64,000 nucleotides of DNA from Bugula neritina. Its lineage: Eukaryota > Animalia > Bryozoa. The notes beneath the pieces were generated by a model. That model worked only from the letters and a program-made list of their open reading frames with translations. It ran no database searches and was not told the DNA's origin. Positions 25,201-40,200 of the stretch are shown in pieces. Where the stretch lies: assembly GCA_964035545.1 (NCBI GenBank), contig OZ037767.1, positions 5,906,707 to 5,970,706 of the forward strand. Direction: 5' to 3'. The translations under genes were made by a program, and so were the position numbers. Every line of letters starts with the position of its first letter. Position 1 is the stretch's first letter.

Positions 25201-28200
25201 ATTATTCATAACTTGTTTGTATAACTTTGAAATCAGCATTTGATGTAATATAATCCGACACACAACTTACTGGCCAGAGGTTGTCCAACCTTCATTCTTG
25301 TTAGTGTATATCTGAGACCAGGGCCGTTTGGAGAAGCAGGTGGTTGCCATTGAACTGCAATGTAGGTCTGTGAAAGAACAATTAGCTGGGGAGGTTGAAC
25401 CCCACCCGGCCTCGAACCAAGAGTAGTGACTAAGACAACAGGGCTTTCTGTACAGCCTCCATCTTAAAATAAATCAACAAAAGAATTATAACCGTTTGAA
25501 AAAAAAACTTTATTTACTTTAATCAAATACTATCATAATTATAAGTCTTATTCCCAAAGTTAGAAAGTTAAAATATATTATATATATGCGTGTGATCATG
25601 TTGTATTTGTAAATAAACAATATACATTCCAACGCACATGCTGCAGTATTCCACTGCGTATTACATAACCACACAACTATATATATACCTGTACAAGCAA
25701 TCACAGTGATGTTATACTGTGTGTAAGGTACTAGATCAGTAAGAGTAACTTTTGTCACTCTATCGTCAACCATCACCCTCTTCTCTGAGTCATACTGTAC
25801 CAGGTATCTGCACAAATAGTAGAGCATTTAAATTCAGCATCTAATACCTTTAATCGCTATTTGAATAGAAAAAAAGATAATATATTTGTAGAACTATTCT
25901 ATATATATAATTGCTGTTTGAATAGAAAGGAGATGATATATTTGTAGAACTATTTTAGTATTATCATAACTAGTAACAGGAGAGCATATAGCTGGGATAG
26001 GTGGGGATAACTAGCAAAAGACAAATAACCACCTCTCCAGCACTCCATTCACACTCTGCGGAGCTGACCACATGACCTCAACTGCTGTCGAGTTCAACAC
26101 GTCTGCCAGAGGCTGTCTAAGACCAGATGGCCTGGCTGACTTGGTTCTCACAGAAGTCCAACCAGAGAAAGAAGTTCCGCCAACTGCAAGATATAAAATA
26201 GTTATATTGTTAAATAGTTGTATTGTAATAGTTGATAAATTACAATTCATCGTTGATATATCAAACATAACAATATTTTAGTAAGTGCAGAGCACTAACA
26301 GCATATACTTTGAGGCTATTCTCACCACATTATGGAAAAAGTTTATTGTAGAAGGGGAATTTGGAACAGTGGGTAATATGGACCACCTCCTGATTAATCA
26401 AAGATATTTAATGATTTTAGTTGTTTAATTATGTCATGTAATTTCCTTTTCTAGAGTATGTGCTCGTTTTATGGCACACAAAAAAAAGAAGACAATTTTA
26501 GACAATTGAAAAACATTTTACCAGTTGTAGCCGAGATCCTGTAGAGGTAGTCTGTGTATGGTTGGAGTTGTGCCCCTTCATCGTAGTAGGACTTAGGGCT
26601 ATCAGGTGTCACAGTTTGTAATACAATTGCAGTGAAGTTGTCTACCCACTTTTCTATAGTATACTTTGTCAAAATTCCATTAGGAGTCGTTGGCTCTTCC
26701 CAGGTTATGTGAACTGATGTGGATGTCAGGGAGACAGCTTTAGGGGGAGACAAACCTTCAGGAGCTGAGAATAGAGTGAACATGGCAGACTATTACCAAG
26801 TAAGTAATATGTACACAATTAAAGCATGATCCATTCAACTATTACAGAGGATTTAACACACATGTTCTGGTATTTGGAGAACAACAAAGGATAAGCAACT
26901 ATTTCTACAGTATAAAATATTCTTCTAAGGTCTTACAATCTTAGAGGAGATGGAGATATACCCACAGTCCAATTATACTTGGGTATTATGTAGTGGAAAT
27001 CCATGTTGGAAAATAATTGGGTATTATGTAGTGGAAATCCAATGAAGAAGCTGACATTGTATATTGAATTGCTGGTGAATTAAATATTATTTAAAGCTTG
27101 TTTATTTCTACCTACTAAATATTATACTATAAAACAGTTTGTAGATGCGACATTTGTATTGTTGCATAAAAAACCCGGTTCTTTTTTCTACTTGCAAAAC
27201 AGGTTATACTTTATTTTTATTAAAATTATATATTAAGCATATAACTGATTGTTTCTGTTTTAAAAATGCCCCAACAGAATGACAAGTTTGTTATTTAAAA
27301 GAGGAAAAGAACAATGACACCTAACATTATCACCTTAGCTACTGATTGATAAACAGGTGTGTGTGCACTTACCATCTTCCAGGGTAAATACAGGATTGCT
27401 GTATGCACTTCTGCTGCACCCAACAACTGTACAAGCCTCCACACTAAACACATAAAGTGTGAAGGGAGAGAGTTTGGTGACCGTAGCTGTAGTAGTGTTG
27501 GGGAATAGGCTCAGAGCCAGGCTATCATTTGTGTATATATTGTAATTTCTAATGATGCCATTAGGTTGACCTGGTTTACTCCAAGTCAGGTCAGCAGCCC
27601 TTGCAGCATATAACGTCACTATTGGTGGGTCAAGAATACCAGGTGCTGTAATAAAAGAGAAGGCAAATCCAGCATATAAATTAGTACTTTGTCTTAAAAA
27701 ACCAATTAAAATATGAATAAAAAGTGTGTGACAACCTTGATGAAGTTTTAAAGGTGTGTGTTACTTTATATTATATAACAATACTTAGCAGGCATGACCG
27801 GTGTTGACAGATATTGTCAGGTATTGACAAGTATTGGCAGATATTGACAGGTATTGACAAGTATTGGCAGGTACACCTTACTATAACTGTCAATGGAAAA
27901 CTCATGAAACAATAAACCAATGCTAAGTACAATTGGGCACATAAATCTTGAAACATGTAACCTATAAAGAGAATTAAGTATAATAGTTTTATACAAGCTC
28001 AAAAATCTTCTTAAGTGCATTTCTATGTGCAATACAGTGACTTACAGCATATACATTGTGAATTAGCCAAAGGAAATGAATTAATGAAAACCTTTATTCA
28101 CAACGACCGCACATAATAGAAATTTTATAACAGCTAGATGTTACATCAAACAGTACTTAACAGGACATACTGCCTTTAAATCTTATTTGTTATGACTCAT

Positions 28201-31200
28201 TTGTAAATTTGTAATAATTTGTAAAAAAATTATAGGTGTTTATACTGATGTAGATCCAATACTAGTATATTAAATTGATTTATTTTATTACATAAAACAT
28301 AGTATTTAAATATTTACTATAAGAGGGGGCTTATAATGTACACAGCTATCGTGTTATGAAACATACCAGACTGAAGAGTAAATGTGGACGCCCATTCGGA
28401 GCTCGTAGAACCAACTTCATTAGAAGTCACCAATCTAAACGCATATTCTGTGTACGGCAGCAGGTTTAGTCTAACGTAGCTGGTAGCAGCTGAAATACAA
28501 CATTTCACTTGTTAGAAGAGTCATCGAGGTAAACTTGTATCTAGTTGAGAAGAGGCAAAACTGACAAGTTTAGAAGTTTGAAGTGAAAATGGTTGAAATG
28601 ATAAACTAGCACATGAAGATTTAACAATTCAAATTTCCTGTGTATGTAAAGTGGTAAAATTTCCATGCAGCAAAACCAGAAGGTCAATCAATATATGATG
28701 ATTGGACAGTATTAACAGCATGTCTAAAAGACTTCACTTTTTCAATATAGTACTTGAGTTTATAGTTAGAGAAAACAGAAATCTTAAACTTGCTCCTTTT
28801 ACATAAAGAATGATAAAAAGGCTTGTTAACTAATGCTTAAAAATGCATTTGTGTAAGATACTAGTATAAATAATGACTCTAACTAAATTACACGTGTACA
28901 GAAAATATATAATACCATTCCTGTCAGCTTGTGGTACTATTATGACATAAAAGTCTTGTATTACAGCCAGCTTATTGTGCATATAATTAAAACACAACAG
29001 ACCAAAAACACAAAAACAAAGCAGAATCATGTAGAAACAACGAACTCACATAATTTATAACAGACACAGACACAATATTAAACTTTCACCTGTATTCTGA
29101 GGAAACAGGTCCATGACATCACTTCCTGGAGCTCTGAACTGCAGTTGATAGACAACTCCTGGTACAGAAGGAGCATTGATTCTACCAGGTGGTCCCCAGA
29201 TTGCAGTGATAGCTGTGGAGTTTATAGCTGTCAGTGTGGGTGGCAGGACACCATCAGGGGCACCTGCGGGCATTGTCACTGTGACCTAAACGATATAAAT
29301 AGGTAATAGAAAGCTTCGTGCAAATCACAGTATCTTCAGTTGAAAATAAAATGCTATGATATATTGAAAAGCAAACAAATACATTATTAAGCATATTCAA
29401 CTATGGTAAATTTTCTTAGCATTAGATTGAAAAATCAGTAATACAATTCCAGTAAAACTAAACACGGCTTGAGGATTTGAACTATTTAGAGACAAGAGCC
29501 CATAAATCTTGGACTAATAAATTTGTTTAGATTATTTGATAAAATTTTAAATAGTTAAAAGAAAATGAAAATAACATTCCTGTATCCATATGCAATTTCA
29601 TCAATTCTATAGAAAATAAGATAAATCTTTTTAAAATTTAGTAAGCCAACCATTAACAAGCACTCCGAGTGTATTATCCCTTCAAATTACAAATCCAAAA
29701 CATACAGCACTGATGATTTTATACCTATAGGCAAACATCATCTTAGTGTAAGTTACTAATAGTCAGTACTTACCACATTGCTAACGATATAGCCAGCTAG
29801 ATTGGTAGCGTTCACTTGCACTTCATACTGAGAGTACGGAATAAGACCGCCCACTGTCACCCACTCATCAGCCTTAGCTGAGCTGTACAACACTCTCCGC
29901 CACCGTAGTGTGGTATAGTCGCCTGTAAGAGGATAGAATTCTTGTATCTCAGTCTATAGACTTCTTAACAAAGATCTCTTTAATTATTGAGTGACTATTC
30001 CATGATTTGTGATGAAATTACCTAGCGGTTGAAATCAAACAATGTCATAGTTAAAAGAAAATAAGAAGTAACTTACAAAAACATAGACAAAGACCCTCAT
30101 TCATAGATGCTTTTAATTTTTTGAATAATTAAAATGACTTCGTTTTTAATTAAAGCACTAAATCACTAGAAAATGTTAAACTTGGCTACCAACTTTACTA
30201 TTCTACTTGTGGCATGCATCTTACAAATAACTTAGTGTAGAGCAAAAGAAGTAATTCAAACGTTGTTCAAGACCTGGGGCTGCATAGTAAAGACCATCAA
30301 AGAACAATGTGTAGTTCACAATTCCATTAGGAGCTTGAAGACGTGACCACTTGGCAGTTATTTCCCTTGATTCTGTCACAGGAGTTCTAATCTGTAATGT
30401 AACAGAGCCCTCAGGTGGGGCCTCTAACGTACGCCCCGACACTTCATTGCTTTTTGCACATCCCTCAGCAGTGCAAATCTAAAACATAAGAATTTTTTGC
30501 CAAGTACATGCAAACTTACTTTAAAGACATGCATAATGCAGTCAACCACTTTCACAACTTTGAAATATTTTAACAAATATGCAGGTTCAGAGAAAGGTGA
30601 GTAAGAATTTTAAATGAGCAAAAAACACAGGAAGATCGAAATAGAAAAATACAGCATAATACGCATTCAACTAAACATATCAGTACAACAAGAAACATGA
30701 AACTCTTGGAGTATAATATGACTTAACAAGTCTAAGGCATTAAATGTGGCAACATAAAGCAGCTACTAATAGCAGCTCATACGCTAGGGTCATCCACACT
30801 GACCTCTAACTGAAAGGTATGGAGAGAGTAAGGGAGGAGATCATTAACAGCGTAGACCAGGACATCGGTTGTGCTGTACACATCTGATACAGAGTTGTGG
30901 GTCAACGTATACTTTGTAATCACACCTGGGAAAGTAATTGCAGGAACACTGATGAGAATGTCCTCAAACTTGCACATCAAGTAAAACTTCTAACCCATGA
31001 TACTGTTATTTCATAGTGCCAGTATGTAATCAAATACAGCAAATAGCATGACTGCTGCTAACATTTGCCAGTTGAATCTAGCCCACTCGTTGAGCTCCAT
31101 CACTATATAATGCACAACAGTTTGATAATGTTAACTGAATCGCTATTGGTGATACGGCCCCATCTACCAATTGAAACTCACAACTCTCAACACAATAACA

Positions 31201-34200
31201 AGATTCAAAATTAACCAGTTAAATCCTAGATACATACAAACTACATATTGCACTAATCAGTTAATTTCCACAATACATAGACTCAACCAATCAACATATT
31301 ACAAGATTAAATTTTAAAAATATATACAGTAACCAATCATGTTGGTTCATTCAGAGCTGCATTATATTCATATACTATGTATATATTCAATGCTAGTAAA
31401 GCTTCCCCTCCAGTCAACTAACCACAGCAACTAAACACTGACTCACCATTGGGTAGGAGAGGGGGCTGCCAACTAACTTCTAGCGAATACGCTGACAGGG
31501 CAGTTACCACAGGGTCCTGCACAAGGTCTGGTGCACTTTCTGCTGTCGTTGCATTAGCGGCAGCGCTGAGAGTACATCCAGCTTCTGTGCAAGCCTACAA
31601 CAAAGATGTGTCATCATTAATTTTATTATTTAATTTATCCTATCTGACAGGTGAATATTTTATCCAAATTCATCATTAAAAACTGCCAAGAAATGAATAA
31701 AAAATAACTAAAAAATTTTAGAAAATTACACAATTTATACATATATAGCAACATAAAGAAGACATCAAGTAAAGACAACTTTTAAAAACTTGGCAATAAC
31801 TTAGTAACACATGCAAATAAGGTTTCATAATACAAATACACAAACAATAAAAATCTCAGAATAGAAGACAACTTTTAAGAGACTGAGAAATGTTTTAGAA
31901 AATTCTAGAATGTATGAAGAACACGTACAGATAGGGTTACATAATACGTGGTGCCAGCTTGCAGTGACTCATTTCTGTAGGAGAGAAAGCCAACATCAGA
32001 ACTGTTGTAGACAATCTCTCCAGGTAGATCAAGATGGCTGACACTCATATATAGAATATATCTCTCTATTACACCACTAATAGGAGATGGTATAACCCAA
32101 CTAACATCAACTCTTCTGGTACCTACACATATATGAATACGTACACAACATAGTCAATAGTTGTGGTGTCGCTAAATTTTGAGTCTACTAAAAAACGTTT
32201 TGAAGAAAAATCAAAACTAAATTTAAAAACTGTATCAGAACTAAAATTTAGTGAAAAACAACCACTTTTAGTAAACTACAATACTGTTATTAGCAAAGCT
32301 CTTTGCTGTATAAATTAGAAATGTAGTTGAAGTATTGCAGTAGACATTACAAAGTGACTTACCAATTACAGAGAGCGTAGGAGGTGCTACAAATGCAGGA
32401 GGTAACTGGGCGGTTCTTAGAGCTACCGGGGTGCTGTCGGTGCAGCCAATAAGAGTGCAGGCTTTTATTCTCATGATGTAAGATGTGTAGGCCTAAATAA
32501 CATGATGAGGTTAGATGGGAAGAGTAACTCCAATAACAAGATATATGAACAACTAATAGAAGGAATTTTCCACAAAGAGGTTTCTGTAGCCCAATAAACT
32601 GATGCCGAGTAAATTCAACTCACAGCCGCACAAAACCTGTAATCAAACTACTTCAAAACATGTATTTCAAACTTTTTATTTTGTAGACAAAATAACTGCT
32701 AATATATGAGTAATCATCAACTTGATATGGTAATGTTAAGGCAGCTATTAGAAACCACAGAGAAATAGAGCAAATGTAATGCACTTTGCATCAGGTTAGC
32801 GAACCTATGTTTTATTACCTAACATTTGAGATAAGAGCTTTCTTACTGATGGTGTGTAAAAGGAGAGAATTTCCTTGCATTGTTACTATACAAACCTTCA
32901 GAGAAAAAGCTATAAAAAGCTTTCAATTAAATAGCTAATGCTTTATGTATATAACGATTTCACTCTCTCTATACTGTTCAACTATCTAACATGTTCTGTG
33001 CACAGTAAAACATATTTATCCTAATCTTATAAATGTCACCAACAAAGGAATCTAACTGCAGGCAAGCAACATGCCGTGACACTTGAAAAAATTAATTTTG
33101 TGACTTAGTATTAAAATAAAAACTTCAGAAATTCAATGACTGTATTAACTGTTGAGGTAAACAAGGAGCATACCTGTAAACCGGTATAGTTAAAACTCTT
33201 CAGGCCTCCACTGTGCTTGATAGTGTTTTGATCATATAAGACGTAACCTGTGATTGGACCGTTTGGGAAGACAGGATCATCCCAACCAATAAAAAGAAAC
33301 GATGGTCCACTAGAAATGACATAAGGTGGGGCTACATTCTCTGGCTTTTCCTGTAGCGTCTGCAAAATTCAACAAATAAATATACATTCGACTGAGTGTC
33401 AAAGAGAAGCAAAAGCTGGTGTGCTATTAAAGCTGGTGCGTAGTTAGAAATTTAGTCAACATAATGAATAAATAACTATTTCTAGAGTTATTAAAAATGA
33501 TCATTTTTAAACTATCATGCCTATTGACCTATTTGTGCTGCACAGGATATTATTGTTAGCTATGTGTACTTTTACTTCCTATGTTAAAGTGATGTCTGAG
33601 GAACAGACAAACTTCTGTGAGCTGAACCAACCACAATCTAACACTTGAAAATTAACACCTGATATACTAGTATTGATCAAATACACTGTATGAAAATAAA
33701 AATGAAGACGCATTATTTGTAATGCAAGCAATAGATAAAATTGCAAGTCATTTATTGCTGTTAGAAGAGAAAATGTACCTTAACGGAGATGCCATCCACA
33801 CTTTCTGTACAGCCAGCTAGAGTACAAGCTACTAAATGCACAGAGTAGTCTGTAAATGGTACTGTTCCATTCATTTCACCTGCAAAGTAACATAGTTATA
33901 TGTTGTCTTTACTGATACATCAAATATATTTATTTAACAACTAAACCAACACTAGAAATTAAGAAAACTATGCTAATAAAAACAGAAAGAAAAGTCTACA
34001 AAAATTCAATAAACTTTCAGTAAAGACATATACTGGTAGGTTTGTTTTGTCAACCAAATCAGTGTATTACCTTTAAGAGTGGTTGAGCTGGAGAAAGTAG
34101 CATCCACAGCTGTCCCATTCTCTCGCTGTTCGTATGCACGGAGGATGTATCTGTGAATAAGTCCAGTGTTTACACTGGGGTGTCTCCACTCTAAGTCTGT

Positions 34201-37200
34201 AAAATAGAAACATAGAATTTACAGAGGGAAGTTCTGAATATCAAGCAGATTGAATCCTCATAACTTGCAATATATGGAAATATTATATAATATACACTGA
34301 ATAAAATTTTTTATGGGTGTTGCATTTGGAATACATGTTACACAGCAAAAACACCTAAAAATAAGAAAATTTCCATAATACACATATATGTGGATTAATA
34401 TTGTCCCTAAAATGAGAGGAAAACTCTACTCCCCCATCAAGCGTTGCCTATCATCTACAGCCGATAGTAGCTCCTGTATGCTCAGGTTTCAGAGGGATCC
34501 CCTTGAATTCGTAACTATCCTTTTTTAATGTGTTGTGTGAACCCTTGCATAGCATATCAAATAGTAATACAACGTGGTGTTGTGGTGTTTTGGGTGTCTA
34601 CTGCTCAAGGGAGGGTTAGGTGTGTAGTAAAATTGTCAAAACTATAATTATCCGAATATTAAAGCATTTGATCACTTCCATTTTGTACATATAGCATGGT
34701 GTAAGTGTATGACACAGATCTGAAATACGAAATATGAGGCTCAACCCACTCGATGCAGATATATCATCACATACCAATAGTATATCCACTTGTAGCCTCA
34801 GCGTAATATGGAGCAAGAACGCCTTGCGGTGGAGCCTCCCTTGTCGTTCCTAACAGCCACTCACTTTCTGAAGAACCTGCACTATTCTCGGCCACAACTT
34901 TGTACAAGTAACCTTCAACAGAAAATCCAACCAACAGAGTTAATACTTTGGTAGAAAAAAAATGTAAATGTGAATATCATACATAATGCGTGTGCACAGG
35001 CGTTGACAACACGACATTGTACAAATGAGGTTAATGGGTGTGGTGATTATCAACTCAAGGAGTACTCTGTTTCTCCGATTTTGCAGGAGGTTTAGACCCT
35101 AATTTAAGTATTATATCAACTTATTTTAAGAATAACTAAAAGACATACTTACAGATAATAAAATATATTTATAAAATATCAAGTTTTTCTGACAGAGTAT
35201 TCTTACCTCTGAATGGATGCAGCTGTGTAGCAAGGGTCATGTTAGTAAATGGTCCTGAGTAGATTGGCGTCATAGTATCCACCCGACAATCCGCAGAGGA
35301 TGTCTGTACTGCAGGGCATCCATCAAAACTGACAGCTGAATAGTCGAGCAGTGATCCCAAGATGTCTACTGGCCTAAATACACCATCACTACATATACTT
35401 CACTGCTAGAGGATAATGTGCATACGCTTTGATGAGTAACTCAAACATGTACATGAAACAACATAAAAGCAAAAAGCTGAAGTTAAAATAATGACAAAGA
35501 GAGCTATAGAGTAATTATAAATAGCTTTGCAAGTCAGAAAAAATACATTAGAATATTATCCAGTTTCCCTTTGACCTGACATACTTAGTTATATGAAAAT
35601 AAGTAAAGTACAGATTTAATTCAATGAACTACAAATTACCAACTACCTCTATATTATTCAAATGTAATTAAAAGAACCTTTCGAATTGCCACACACAGCC
35701 TTAATACTATTCCAGAAGAAAGAAGTAAGACTTATATAACAACATAGGGGTGTATACCTGCTATTAATTTTCAAATCCCTTGTGCAGCCTCCAAATGACT
35801 TAGGAAGGTCAAGGTTACTATCAAGTGCTACTTGTCTAGCCTCAGACCCAAGAGGCAGCCCGCCCAAGTAGAAATCAGAAGCTAAATTCACTGAGGAAGT
35901 GTCCGCTGTGCCACCAACAGCCTCATACTTGCCGTCAACTGTTGCTGTCAGCTCACACCCTCTCTGTAAGATACGGCAGCATGCTATAGCAACAAGTGAC
36001 AACTTACATGTTGATGACGGGATAACGACACTAAAACAGCACTCGGTCAAAGATGTTAGTGGCTTAGTCTTTGCATAAGAATGTTTTTAATTAGAAACGA
36101 CAGAGATATGCTAATTGAAAGTGAATTTGTATGAATTTAGAGAAAAAATTAGGAATTGCAGCTTTTATAATATCTAATACACAAATCATAAAAGAAACTC
36201 AAAGTGTCATACTAATCAACTAAATTAATATTATTTCAAATACTCCATAAATTTACATAACATTCTACAGCAAAGTACAAGACTCAAATCTATTTGCAAA
36301 TAAAACTACAACAGAACACACCTTGGAGAAAGAGACAGATCTCCAGTTTCCTGTACATAAATTCATGTTGGAGTCGTCCACCACGACTGAAGTCTGTCTC
36401 GCATCCTGACGATACGAGAAAATGAGAGTTGAGTTCAAGATGGCTGCATAGATATACACATTCTGACCTCCATACACAAAGAAGAGAAGTCCAGCAGCAT
36501 CTTCAGTTCTCAAAGTCATATCTACTTGAAGGTTAGTAGAATCTCCCAACATAGTGAGGCTGCTCAAGGTTAACCACCCTGAAAATAATCATAAATATAG
36601 AAAAGGATTTACAGGCTACAAAATTACATGCAGTTAACATGATCCTAAGCGTTTTTAATCATTACAGTTAAATACTTACAATGATTAGGCAACTCAATTT
36701 TTAAATTCTTGGCACAAATTTATAATATAAAAAATTAAAATTGTAAAAAAAAACATAAATCTACACAACTTCAATATCAGTCAAGCAGTGTTGTCATGTA
36801 CACTACTTCCAGTAATAGTAACTTACCAGTGCCAGGGAAGTAAGTAGCGGGTGATTGTAAGTCAGTTGGACAACCATACCATGCAGGGTACACATACTTA
36901 TAGTCTAATACAGACGCCCACTCAAGGGCTTTCCAAACTCTCTCAGGAGTGTACTGAGTCAGAAACTTTATGTCTCGGAGACAGCCAGAAAAACCTTGCT
37001 TTATTATCTAGAAGGAAAATTAATTCAGAATTAGCTCTAAACAGAATAAATAGTTGAATAATTATGCGAATAAAAATAATATAGAAAAACAGTAATGAGT
37101 CCAACAGCTAATTTGTGAGCGGAATTTTGAACCTAGAAAACTTACAAAAGCTCAGGGGAGGTAATTAACAATATTTAACTAAACCTCACTTATTCTAAAT

Positions 37201-40200
37201 TAACATAAAATAATAGTAAATTAACAAAAAAAATTGAAACATCAAAATAAAATGAAAAGTTAAAACACCAATTTTCTTTTAATAATACATAAGAACCCAA
37301 ATACTTTTAAAATGCTTAAGCTTGTCCAAAACATTTCTTAGACAATTTTTTTTCGTTTTCTCTTTTTTCAAACAAATTTCTTTTTAAATACAAGTAATAT
37401 ACAACCACATTGCGAGACTAAATACCGACCTCAGTTCTCAGCAGAACAAAGTCTTGAGGGACTCCTCCCACATACACTCCAGTGTTGCTGCCGATAACTG
37501 TACCAGTGGCACATGTGCTAGCCGCTCTTCCTGTATGTCATAACAACTTCCAGTAAGCAATTTGATAATAGACAATGCTTTATGAGTCACCACTTTAGTG
37601 GACTAAAACGCTCCAAAATTGCTTTATTATTAAAAATTGTTCATAAATTTTGGGCCTGCCCTTTATTAGCTTTGCTATTAGCGCATTAATAAGCCCCATT
37701 ATTACCTCTTTTTGGGTAGCATCCTATATTTATCTACTTTCTCATTAAACTGATAAATAAAATATAAAATAAACATATCAGTTCACAAGAAATATTGACA
37801 CATACAGTCAGCATTGACTTTTACATCCAAATTCTAACTTATCAACTTCATTGAGAAGATGCAAAAATCAGGCACTAAGTTGTCAGCATTAGTAAGAGAA
37901 CATACCTGTGTACTTCCCATCAACCTCCAGTACCCCTGTAGCAGCAGATCTAGTGGCTACAAGATGATGCCAAGAGTTGTCAGAATAGCTGACATTCCCG
38001 TCTGTGGCAGGATCTATTTCAACAGCAGCAGCACACCCTGAAACAAACACTTAAACTTTATTATAGGTCAACAATAATTATCGTCTATAAATGACCAGAA
38101 AAATCAAACAATTGAATATTTTATGTTATCACAACTTTAGGAAAAAATAAATTTCTATGTCGCAGAAATAAATGTATATAATATAAATTTTAAACTGTAA
38201 CAAGCCTTTAAAAAGTGGTGAGCTTGCAAAAGTTGATAAATTGAAGTAAAATTTTAAAATTAAAAAACCGCTTTATTAAACGTTTCTCCCGAATATTAAT
38301 AAACTCAAGTAATGTAAATATCAAAATAGCAGGGCATATCACAGCACAATATAATTTGAAGGACATATTACAACATAAAAATAGATACGCTATATACATA
38401 AACACACAATATGTACACTATATATAAACACACAATAAGTTACGCTATGCATAAACACACAATATGTACACTATATAGCATCACACAATACCTTGAGGAT
38501 CAAAGAGAAACCAGGGTCTGCCCTCTCTGAGTTGAATCGCCACAAACTCTTCTTGACCTCCAGCTGACGTGTAGAGGAGAATCAGACCATCAGAGTGTTG
38601 AGTTTTGAACCACAACTCAACTCCTACAGTAACAAAACCATGGCAAGTGAAGAGTGATAACAGTAGAGGAAACAACTTCTGTTTAGTTGACAAATACACA
38701 ATAAATACTACCAACAATAGTAACAAACCAAGATAAATTTACTTAAAAAATATTTCTAAAACACTTGCTATTGCTTAGTTATTTAGAAAGTTGTAATTTT
38801 AAAATCTTAATTTCGCAAAGTTGTAGAGATTCAAGTATATAAAGAAACGCAGCAGTTGCAACTCTGTCACTAGTGCTGGTAGAAACAGCTGCTAACTGTA
38901 GTCAATGTAACAGTATAGAATTGAGAGTATGAATATTACCTGAGAACTCTACTCCTTGTGGTACAGTCTCAGAAGGGAAGAGATAGTATCCACCCCCTGG
39001 AAACCTTGTCCCCTTTACCACTCGGGGAGGAGTATTAAAGGCAGGTTCTGATTGAATGATTGAGTAAATAGGATCAGGACCATTCAGCATTTCAGGTTCA
39101 TTCCATGTAACCCGCAATGCAGTAGAGTTGACAGAATGGATTTCTCTCATCATTGGTAAACCAGGGGCTAAAAAGATACACATAATACTTCAATATTTTA
39201 TTTACTCTCCACCAACATATGGACAAATATTTGCTCTTCAAATTTTATTTCAGTTATTTAGTATGTATACACTCATTTTAATATTGCTGTTTAAAATATT
39301 TCAAAATATTTGTGAGTTAAAAATTTATGTCAATATGAATTGATAGCACTAGTATCAAAATGTTATTTAATTTAGCAATATACAAAATATTCTAGTTGAT
39401 ATTTTTTAAACTTTAGCCAAATGATTATGTACAATTTTAAATTCACTTCATCTATTCATTGCAAATCAACAGCAGGGATTTTCAAGTTGCTGTAAAAACA
39501 GACACTTTTATATGACTGTCGATCATATTAAATGTACAAGAGGGAAAGGCCTGTAGCAAACTTTATCCAATAACAAAAGTTGGACATTATTGCTTAATAT
39601 TATATTACAGTTCAAAATTATCAACTATGAAAAGTTTGGCATAATATTGGCATTTAATATTGACTGGTAAATGAAAGCCACATTAAATGTGCTAGCAGCC
39701 CAATATCTTTGCGGTGTCGTAATAATTGAGCCTCATTTGTGGAGATTCACCTGTAAAGTTTGTTGTGACTAATCAAATTCACTTAAACTCAATTTAAAGA
39801 TTACTAAAACCAGAAAATGTGCTGAAACGTGTTGACAAAACAACACTATCTTTAAGATATGATAATAGTTTGATGTCATATCTTTAAATCTAGTCACTTA
39901 TGAAGCGAAATAGTAAAATACTAAACATACCAGCAGGTAAAGTGGTAGCTGACACCATAGCGCTGTCCACACAACCTACGGAGTTGCACACTTGGACTAC
40001 AAACTTGTGAAAGCTGTACGGTAGCAGGTCAATTAAAGTGTAGTTTCTAATTTCTCTACTGCTGAAAACTTCCTAAAATACAGAATAAACTTTGGCCATG
40101 CAAAGTCAACAAAATTAGCACTAAATACAGGCATAATATCTCACTACAGTTCAAAACATGTCAAGCTTTACAGGCAACCACAGTTTCAATACAAAATAGT

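Noticed and set aside
34815-34825. Apparent GC donor (CAAG|GCGTTC) in exon 33
   Set aside because: The frame continues as FN3 sequence to a canonical G|gtatgt donor at 34775 that matches the next exon's phase.
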